Made by a program: the position numbers and the translations under genes
The notes under the pieces: model-generated
Database searches by the model: none
Told to the model about the DNA's origin: nothing
What the model saw: only the letters and a program-made list of their open reading frames with translations
In this document: in pieces, positions 50,511 through 60,675 of the stretch
How positions within the stretch are numbered: position 1 is the first letter of the stretch
Layout: every line of letters starts with the position of its first letter
From: Balanoglossus misakiensis
Taxonomy: Eukaryota; Animalia; Hemichordata
Assembly: GCA_040954595.2 (NCBI GenBank)
Contig: CM082582.2
Span: 8,000,063-8,064,062 of the forward strand
DNA length: 64,000 nucleotides
Reading direction: 5' to 3'

Positions 50511-51506
50511 ATGTCATTGAACAAATCCGAGATGACTTACGTTGGAGCTACGGGCAACGTTTCTTTTATAATGGACAATTTAACGCAGACGATCGTTGAC
50601 GTGATTCCGAACGGCCCTGGCGCGCCCGCCCTGACCACAGCGACGCCATTTCTTGCCGCCGTGACGACAGCTTTTGACTTCATGGCCGAAAACGTGTCAG
50701 GCGCAATTAATTGTGGGAATATTTCGGACTACTGCAACGCCACAGAAGGTACCCCGCTCCGGCTTCTGCCCGACCGGTCGCTGGTTTACCAGATTGTTTG
50801 CTTTATATGCTGGGGGTTGGTTTTGATATGCGGCATCGTTGGCAACACCATGGTGGTGTTGGTCGTCTGCCGGATCAGCCACATGCGCACCCCGACTAAC
50901 TGTTACCTGGTCAGCCTGGCGACAGCTGACACGCTTGTGCTCATTACGGGGTGCCTTCCCGCCACGACAGGACTGTTCGCGCCAACCGGGTGGGTGTTCG
51001 GCGACGCTGGATGTAAACTCTCTGTCTATCTGCAGTACGTGGCCATCAACGTGTCGTCGCTATCCATCAGCGCGTTTACCATCGAGCGCTACATCGCTAT
51101 CTGTCACCCGATGAAGGCCCAGACTATTTGCACCGTGTCGCGCGCCAAGCGGATCATAGGGGTCTTGTGGACCTTCGCCGTCCTCTACTGCATGCCGTGG
51201 CTTTTCTTGGTGGGTACGCAGGTGGCGGGACTTCAATCGAACGGCGTGATTCGCACCGATTGCCTTTACAAGCAACAACGCGATTCCAACATCTATAACA
51301 TTATGTACTTCGTTGACCTGTGTGCATTCTACGTAACGCCATCGATTCTCTCCGTTGTCGTCTATGGACTCATAGCCAAGATTCTCTTCTCCAACACAGT
51401 CCCACAGAACGACACCAAGGACAGTTTCAGGCACAAACATAAACTGAACGGTGTTACAAAACGAGAAAGTAGAAAGAAAAACCAGTCTTCATCCAGCAGA
51501 AGACAG
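50511..51506 (+). CDS. TRHR: First coding exon (N-terminus, TM1-TM5, ICL3; 332 codons) of a thyrotropin-releasing hormone receptor-like class A GPCR
   Basis: GIVGNTMVVLVV, HMRTPTNCYLVSLATAD, LQYVAIN, AFTIERYIAICHPMKAQTICTVSRAKRII, DCLYK and YGLIAKILF all closely match vertebrate TRH receptors. The exon ends SSRRQ at the consensus donor CAG|GTAAGT (51506/51507, phase 0). The ORF-track tail to 51551 is intron read-through. Confidence 0.93.
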
Positions 51507-52558
51507 GTAAGTTTGACGTTTCATATGAAATATATAGTACGCTTTCATTAGAATGTTTTAAATCTGATTCAGCTCAACATATGCTAACTGAAATGTGAAA
51601 AAAAGTTTGAAGCTCCATTGACGTGTGCTTTGAGACCGATAGTCGCTGCCTTTAACTTTACAAACAGAATAACTTTAAACACATCGCCGCCCCCGTAGTT
51701 TTGTTCTGTGTTAGTTGAAGGAGCCGCCGTTCGGCAGTTTTGTCTCGTCGGTGGCATTCTAAAATAACGCAGAATCACAGCTGCGCGCCAGTTTCGTGTA
51801 ACAGCGGCTCTCACCCGGTAGAATATCTCTCCGAATTCCAATCTCGTCTCACACGTGACGTGGATCAGACTACTCTCAAGAACTTCATGACAATGTCCGC
51901 CGGATTCATTCCACTTGACGACACATTGTGCCACAATGATACCACAGCTTAGTCTAGAATAGCGTGGTTACCATGGACATGGTGGGGTAAACAGTGTAAC
52001 CCATTTTGCTGATTATTTGGATCCACCGAGAGTGACGTCATTCACTGGCGTCGTCTGTCGCAGCCCAGACAGGCGAGGCGGGAAAACGTGTTACGATCGG
52101 TCTATCCAATATGCCAGCAACGAGGTGAGGCGTTTCTCGGCGCGCTGCACACTGCGTCAGAAAAACACACATTTGTTATACAGGCAGTGTTTCTTTGATT
52201 CTTGTCGTCCGACTGCCCACGATTTTACTACGATCGACCCTATTTTTGCCCCAAACGACGCCCCCTATGGTCAGTTCGACCATGAGCGTGTGATACTCCT
52301 GATCATGCCAAATCATATTAGTGACGTAGTTGATGCACAGAAGAGTTTATGCCAGCATAAAATCTGTATCATTCCTGTAATTTGCAAGTTTTCTTTTATT
52401 AACTAAGCTATATTGCCGTAAAGGTGTTTCTTTTTCGTTTTCCCGAACAAACCTGATTCGTCTGTTCAAAGGAATAGTGTCTTCGAGGTTTCCAAAAACA
52501 CAACTTAGCATGAGCTTGTCTCATTATCCGACCTGCGTTTGTACACTCTAATCGTTTT

Positions 52559-52695
52559 GTTGGATGGATGGACAGAATAGTCAGCTATGTCAATTGATTG
52601 ATTTGTTGGTTGATTGTTGGTTTATTTATTTATTGTTGGATGGATGGATAGATTAGTGATTAGATGGACTGATGAGTGAGTTGACGGAGGATTTA
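52559..52695. repeat. Degenerate compound tetranucleotide tract (TGGA/TTGA/TTTA)
   Basis: Runs of TGGATGGATGGA, TTGATTGA, TTTATTTATTTA and TGAGTGAG. Confidence 0.7.
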
Positions 52696-55600
52696 AGAGA
52701 CGGGAGAAAGAAAAACCTGGATGTTAAAAAAACAATTTTTGATAGACAGTGACAGCGTGGTTCAAAAATCTCATTAATGTAGTGTCTGACAGATGAAACA
52801 GAAGTTCTCTGACTTCCATGCGTTAATTGCTCGAATTCAGAAACATGTCCATCTTTTCGGTTGACTGGCATTGGTGAGCTGTGTTTTGCCTTATTTAATA
52901 AAAACGGACTCGAGCTGATACAAGGTTATGCCCGGAGTGAAAAGCAACAATCGCGCGTTGGGTCGACCTTTTTTCTCTTCAAATTGCCGTTGCCCGACAA
53001 CTGATGAGTTTATGATTATACGCAATTTCTCAAACAAATGTCATCCAAAACTCGGGTTTATTAAAGTAAAGGGTTCTGGTGCATCTTTTATTCGAAATAA
53101 TGACTGCCTGCAGACAAGATCACAACAAAACTTTAACGGGGAGTTTGACCAATGAAAAGGGTTAATGGCGGTAACCGACAACACAGTCGTCTTGGCGCCA
53201 ACTAAAGAATAATTAACTTTAACGTATCATTTCAGCAGGTCGTCGGAAATATGAATGCATATAAAAGCATTCTTCGCAAGATGTTTTTAAATGTTTGAAA
53301 TGAGCCACTATTAAAACATTTGGACAGGTTTACTGAAAGCTTGATTGATTCTGACAACAGACTTTTGTGTATAAGACTTAGTGCAGCCGGTTTACAAGTC
53401 GGTACCAAAGAGACTGCCAGCTGGCACCGTGTCGAAATGGAAAATATAAAATAGTGCGTATAAAGCTAATATTGATGTAATAAAATAGCGCGTAAGCTAA
53501 TACGGATATTAAAACGGTGGCTAAAACCAACAGGAAACAAATGGTTCGTGACAATTTGCACATGATTTGGCGCCTATATTCCAAAGTTTATTGTGTCGTT
53601 CGGCATCCCGCCGAACATGTCACGTGTCAAAAACCGTATTGTAGGTTTCAATGGCATCGAGCGGAATGTTATTGTGTTGGCGGAAAGGGTATTCGTAAAT
53701 TTTGAGCTACCGTACAGTACAACGATAGGAACGCCTAATTTTGTGTGAGCTTTTACATCCTACTCGGTGCTTAAGTGTAATTACAGTTATAGGAGAACCA
53801 ACATACCGCCATAGCTATTGCTTTTTGTGCCATACTACAATAGTTTCAATATAATAAAAGCCTCCGATCCGTTAAATTTGTAAATAAAATTATGACCGTG
53901 ACGTACACGTGTCTTTAGTAAAATTTTGCCGCCCATAGATCAACAACTTGGATGATTTCAATGTTTTATTTTTTAAAATTAGGCTCTCTGTTTTCATTCA
54001 TTAAGAAGTTTTTTTAACTGACACTGTCACGGGACTTTTTTTTCAAATGGTCGTTTAAACTTCTGTTGCAGCTGCGACAGTGTCCTATAAAACTCTGCAG
54101 CAGCTGTGGTAGGGAATTCAAAACGTGTGCGATCTCTAACGCTTAGGCACATGGACGTATGCATCTCATATTTGTATGACTATAAAGTATTCTGATGCAT
54201 GCCATCGAATGGACCTCTGATTAATTTCATTTTTTTGATAAATTGAAGTCTGGTTTAGTAACCCGTGTAGACATTTTGCGAATTAAAAGTTCGTACCGTT
54301 CACTGCCCCTTTTCAGGTTTTGATGTTCCAGTTTGTACGTTAAATGGTATCACCCTTAATGCTCGTACTTGATTAGAGTGACGAGGGTCACACAATCATA
54401 TATGGTTGAATGTTCATTCCAGCGTGAGTGACCGTGAACTTTCCTGTGCAAGTTTATTTGACCTACTATGCAGTTCACCACAGTGTTAAACAAATGTTAT
54501 GGTACCAGCTTGAATCAATACCTCTTCTTGATTTCTCCTTATCTTCTTAGTAATTATTGGTTCACGAAACCACTACTTCAGTTTGGTTTCAGCCATTGCA
54601 TACGGTGGCCCATATGGGCCACCAAAGGCGCACATACATGTGCAACCCACTCAGCCTATAAACCATGCAGCTTACAGGTACATTTTTGTACCGCCAGTCT
54701 GCCCATAGCTCTGCAATTACGCACAACTCAACATCTTCATAAACCAATGATCGTGCTGTAATCTAGTACACATTCCTTTTATAGTCTTCGTGGGTTATAT
54801 TCTTCCTGTATCCATTCAGTTTATAGTCTCCCCGTTGACTTGTTTTTCAATGGCGCAGTGATCCGTTGCCCCCGCCCCCCCCCCTCCCACCGACTCACAC
54901 CCATGATGCATCAGCGGTATTTTCAGTTTTACGACGGGATTTCTCAATCAAGTCCACCGACAGAAGTTCACCAAAGATGATTGAAACTGAGTACTAGTTT
55001 GACACTGAAATCGACCATCAAAGTCAAATCCCCCGGAAAATAATCGCTTTGATTTCCGAGGCCACTTAGGTTTTATTCGCTCCGGCATCTGAGACATGCA
55101 TCTCCGAAGGCGCCAAGTATTTCCGAAAAGAGCGGGAAAGAATATAGTCCGTCGCCCGGACAACCTTGAACCACGAGTAACATCTCGTCAAGGTGGCCGT
55201 ACTATAGGTATCGCCCGGTGTAGATGTTTTTGGATAACAGTAATCCCTTTCAGAAAGCTGTAAATCTCGTCGGCGCTAATGTCGTTTAATCACAATTATT
55301 GCTCCTTCAGTGGTTTAACTGTACTCAGGAAACCACTCCAAGAATGGTCGTATTACAGTTAATGTACACTAAAAGACCGGGTCTATGCAAATATTCCCAG
55401 CTCTCCAATTCTCGTTTTTTGCATAACACGGTGTAACAATTTCAAGGATTTACTCGCGTGACCTTTCCCTGTGAAATCGTCCGACAAATTCGAAAGCCAC
55501 GGTTAATATTATCCGAATGATGCATCGAAAAATAAATCGTATGGGGCAATAAATTGTCACGGCGCGATTTACATTTGACTTCGGTTCATATTGATTTATC

Positions 55601-57752
55601 TGCGTCCAATCACCACGAAGTAAATGACACTTGAGTTCTTCGGCATATTTTTTCATTTATCTATAAATTGCGGTGGTGCTATTTCTGAATAAATTGACTA
55701 TTACTGACCCCACCATGCAATGCATCGAAATGTTTGTAATTTTCTACTGTTTCCTTGGAAACCATTGCCGTGGCAGTGCCTCCTGCCTCCAACGTTTTCC
55801 CGCCCTGTCCCGGTGTATATCGACCGTACTAGGTTATTCTTATATCGCGGCATATGTTATGCCCAGCTAATCCATTGTTTCCTATTTCATACAGAGCTAA
55901 AAGGTCTATTGTTTATATCTATAGAATTGCCCACGTCGTCAATGATGGGCCTTTAATTTAGTACGTTGCAACTACAGCTAGAACCAGTTAGCCAGTGACT
56001 TATCGATGGCTTTGTTTATCGCTGACGGTTGTCAACGGTGACCATTATACAGACAGTGGTGGCAGACACATAGTAGTAAATGGGGGGGGCGTCAACACCC
56101 TTTGTGGAGTGGACCATTGGGTCCCGATAGACAGAATTTTTTTAAATTTCACCCTCTAAAAGTTGCATCTTTTGTGCCTGTAAAATATCAACGCCAAACA
56201 ACGTTGTCCATACATGTACCAGGTCGGTTCTTTCTGTACGAACTCAACATCTCTGTAAAAGTTCCGAGGAAAAAAATTAATACAGCGTAATTCATTTGTC
56301 AAGCGATGCGGAAAACAGCTTCAGGGATGAAATCTGGTCTAGCGATCTGATATAGCGAGTTGACCCCAGTCATTAATCCGAATCATATTAAGAGGTTATA
56401 AATCTTGCGTCCGTGCCAGATATTTTCACGTCCTCGTTCAAGGCACACAGGGGCGCGCTTTCCATTCCATTAGTCAATAACTACATTAGAAACAAGCGTG
56501 GTATTATTTTACACATCGAGCATTTATTTCAATCAATTTTATAGCGGCAATTTACAGTGCATCTGACTTTGATATGAAATCCCTATGTGATGTAAACGCG
56601 CACGCTGTTCATACAGTCTGTCGGTCTCGGTTCGTCAACTTGAACTTTTCAAAGTCAACGGTCTCGGACCGTCGCCAAATTCATGAAATGCTTCTTCCTG
56701 GTAATTTGGGTCTGGATATTTTCCACTGGCAAGAAAAATTAATTTTCCGCGGTGATTTAATTGGAAACCGGCGCAACTTGTTCGTGCGCTTGGTGGCAGT
56801 ATAATTGCCGGTTGCTAACGACACCGGGAAAAGAAAATTGAGTTTTCGTGCGCGCAATTACCGTGGGCTCCCTTTAAATAGTTATTAAACAGTATTGTGG
56901 TAAATAACGAAGGAATATTAAGGAATCGAAAAACACGCGTTTGAAACGCACACACACACATACGAAACTCGATAACCTAACCGTTTGCTTTGATGAGACG
57001 TAACGCGAGTTTCATTAATCAACGTTCAGCGTTTGCGGACGTGTTCACCAGATGACAAGCGACCGAGCGCTTAACGGTAAATTTTATTGTTTTGATGAGA
57101 GACGACACACAAAACCGCGAACCGTGAAATCACAGCGCCATTTTACGACTTTTATCTCCTCCCTTTGTGCGTGCGAAAAAAATGGCACACGGCTCAGTTG
57201 CGTTGTTCAAAATTTCTAACATAAGAAACTCACCCTGGCAATTTTCGAGCTCTTAAATTTAATCGGGTAATTAAATCAAAGAAAGGCCATTGAGGAAAGG
57301 TTTTCTCTAGGGGGGTATTTTTTCATGAAAGTAAATAGGACACTAAATAAAGTTTGACTATCAGTCGTATTTTCGAACATCGCTGATTAAAAAAAGATTG
57401 GAACCCCCCGAGGGTATGTGCAATTTGTTAGCTGGAGGTCGAGAGAGAAGAGAAATCTCAGGCTTACATTCGCCTATTATCATTCTTTTCGACTTGAAAA
57501 GGGAAAGTCGCCAGGGTTAGTGACTGCTATTATTTTTTCGGGCCGCTGTGTAGGTGTTCATCGCGCGTAACATTGTAAACACGAAATCTGTTGTTTGTTT
57601 GGCGTTCTAGACGTGTCCCAACGTGAATCTCCTTTCACGGAAGATTGCACATAATGTGGAGATGCGTGACAGTTCATTTTCCAGTCAAACCCGTAAAGAA
57701 GATGCATCGGCATCTGAATAGGAGCATTGAATCACTTCCATGTTCGTAATAA

Positions 57753-57912
57753 GGTAGTAGTGTACACGCCTAGAAAATCATAAACCTTTCACTTTTTTCT
57801 CATGTTTAGCCTAAGGCACTGGGGATCACAGAGCAAAAGTTTTTCATGAGAGAGCCAAATTGTCTCAAATTTGAATTCCAAAATGGCCGCCAATCTCTGT
57901 GTTAACGCATAG
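57753..57912 (+). mobile_element. Family B TTAA-type MITE fragment
   Basis: Reads ATAA|GGTAGTAGTGTACACGCCTAGAAAATCA...CAAATTGTCTCAAATTTGAATTCCAAAATGGCCGCCA; inverted homologue of 59205-59415. Confidence 0.7.
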
Positions 57913-58404
57913 ACAATCTACTGTCTATGGTTAACGCTACGAAGACAATTTAAAGTTGTGATTTTTATTCACCGAACCTACATACTGTAGGCAGCATGAG
58001 AAAAACGCGGGCTTGAACCAGTCTGTTTTCACATGCCATCAGCTTTTGATTTATGCCACCGAGACAAAGTCTCACCACCATTCCAATTACTCCCCCACAC
58101 GCCGTCTCATGTGTATAACGAGAAAATGATTCTAACAATGCATCGAAATGTTCACCTCGTCTGCTATCTGTAGTGCCGGGACGCACATCATTCTGTTTAT
58201 CGGGGGCCATAAATTATGTTCGATTTGATAAACGCGCAGAATAAATGAAACGTAACGTTTTACTGTTGCCAGAACAAATTACAGGCGTGGGTACCTTGAA
58301 CTTCCATCGTAAATATTTCATTTGCTCGGTGTGAAATACCTGAATGTCGTCGACAGGCCGCGCTTTCTTTGGTGATTAATTAAAATTATGGCTTCAGCAC
58401 TTAA

Positions 58405-58672
58405 AGGGCCACTATATGTAAATTCTACTTATATTTTGCAGTATATTTTGTTAATGTTTCAACTACAAGTCATGTGTACGTGTACGGACCACTGTTATTG
58501 TTGACAAACGCATTAAAGTCCGGACTTGAATACAATTGTCAACAATAACAATACCGATTGTGCGCCCGTGGATTCTGTTGAGCAGATAAACATTTGACAT
58601 TTATTATTGCTGTGTGGAGACGAACAAGAAACAATGGATGAAAATGGTGTCAAAATTACAGATAATGGAGCT
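58405..58672. mobile_element. 268-bp MITE with internal palindrome (family C)
   Basis: Ends TTAA|AGGGCCACTATATGTAAATT ... AAATTACAGATAATGGAGCT|TCAA (imperfect TIRs). Perfect internal 15-bp inverted repeat TGTTATTGTTGACAA/TTGTCAACAATAACA surrounds the palindrome AAGTCCGGACTT (58516-58527). Confidence 0.6.
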
Positions 58673-59204
58673 TCAAATTAGTCCATGCACTGCATGATCC
58701 AACTTTTTTTTTTAAATCTCGCATTAGAATTACATGTAATCTGCTTTAATATTTCCATTCTCGGTTGTCGCTTCTTTAATATCCGAAATGGCGCTGACTA
58801 AATATTGAATATCGTTTGGCTGTAATCAAAATATTCAAAGTGAGATAACTATATGATTGTGAAAAGATTACTTACTGCAATTGTTAATCATTTGACCACG
58901 GGGTATATAGACAAGCCATGACAAGCTTTATTAAAACCACATCGCTGAATAAACGAGTTTCTGCGAAATTGCCCAGTCGCTCTACAGTTGTTTATGCACA
59001 TTCATTATCGTACGCGTGTTTTCGTCAGCCTCGGCGAGGCTTTAGGGCTGTTTCAAACCATATTGACCGCGAGGGCTAATTTTGTTTACACGGACGATGC
59101 GCTAAAAAGGGTTTTCGCTGCTTTGTTGATCTCTGCTTATTTTTTATTCCCGGGGGCGTCTTTTAACACGTACTAGGGTTGCATTTTGCTATATAAGCTG
59201 TCAA

Positions 59205-59415
59205 ATTGGGTGTCGATATTTTTCTCCATAGAGTAAGCACTGATGGCGGCCATTTTTGAGTTTCAAATTTGAGACAATTTTGATATCTCATTCAAACTTT
59301 GCACGGTGACCCACCAATTGTTATTCTCAATTTTAAGAGAGAATAATCTAAAATTGTTCTGAGCCAAAAATGAAAAAGGGTCTTTGACTTTGATTTTCAA
59401 GGCGCATGCTATACC
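59205..59415 (-). mobile_element. Family B TTAA-type MITE fragment
   Basis: ATGGCGGCCATTTTTGAGTTTCAAATTTGAGACAATTT is the near reverse complement of 57857-57892; ends GATTTTCAAGGCGCATGCTATACC|TTAA. Confidence 0.72.
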
Positions 59416-60589
59416 TTAAAAGAAATGTAGGTAAAACTAAATATCTTGTAAATAGGATCATTGCACAGAGACGACCGGTAATGGGACTTTAATATGAAGC
59501 TTCATGAAATATAACAGTGGTTCTTAAAGATTTGATTCAGTGAATGTATCGTCGACTGCTTTGTTTGGCGGGAAATTCGCCAAACAAAAGGAAAGACGAA
59601 ACATACACGACATAGACAGAGTATGGCTGTGAGATCGAAGGTCAAAGCCCACAAGCTGCAGTTGAGAGAAAATTAGCCAAATTTTACGTAATTTATCGCT
59701 GGAATTGCATGAAAGCAATGACATGTAACGAGCCGTGCAGCGACTGTTGATGTGTGACATACCTTCGTGGTTGCCGGGGAGAAAATCAAATTTTGTGTCG
59801 GACCCCGAGATAGCAGTCTAGAAAATCGAATTGTTGTCTACCCAGTTAATTGAGCCTATGGACTATGGCGTCTACTGTTTGGAAGATCGTGCACGTCGGA
59901 ATTATTTACTGAAAGTGAATGGTCAAATATTTAAGCACTCGTGCCCTGAACAGACTGAGATAGTGTACTGTTACAGATTGCTGGCGATATCGAGAACTCG
60001 TTACACAAACGTGAAAAGACGACGATGAAAACATCAGTGATCACGGTGTTATGATTGTTCAGCCGCGCGCCATTTCTTTGTAGCCTGTCACGGCATGTGT
60101 CGGTCCGGTGGGTTTCAACTTTTTCTCTCCCGCGTCGCGTTTATCGTTTCAAAAAATATTATAGGCTACTTGTGTATTCTGGTCACCTGCTTTCCCGCCC
60201 GAGCGTCACGTACGCTGTCCGGTGTCTTGCCGCAGAAGATGAGAATAAACCCCATGGTCGGCAAACCCAGGAAATTGCATGAGTTGGAAATTTCGATAAC
60301 ATACATACAGAGTGCCCGCGAATTATTTCTGTCGGGCGAACAAGGCTTCGATAAGCGGGGGCTTCTCATCTCACGGCGAACAACTTAATAATTGCGCACA
60401 GTAGCTGTTAAGTCTCTCGTGAAATCGTCGCGTGGATTTTCAAATCTTTCGGAAATGAATAGGTAATCTTTAATCCACGACGCACTTCCCCCAAAAGAGT
60501 TGTTAGTTTACTTACTGTGAACGTATACATACGGCACAATCGAACATGGCGACCGGCCTTCAGAACATGGCGTCTTCACGACAAAAAAG

Positions 60590-60675
60590 ACCCCCCCCCC
60601 CGAAACACCTTAAAGTCCTTCCCTCCCTCTTCCCCTCCCTCCCTCCTTCCACCAATCCATCCATCTATCTATCCA
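60590..60675. repeat. Low-complexity poly-C / (CCCT)n / (CCAT)n tract
   Basis: C homopolymer, then CCCTCCCTCTTCCCCTCCCTCCCTCCTTCC and ATCCATCCATCTATCTATCC. Confidence 0.7.

Noticed and set aside
51507-51551. ORF-track C-terminus VSLTFHMKYIVRFH implying a 5-TM receptor
   Set aside because: Read-through past a consensus GTAAGT donor; nothing indicates a real truncated isoform or pseudogene.
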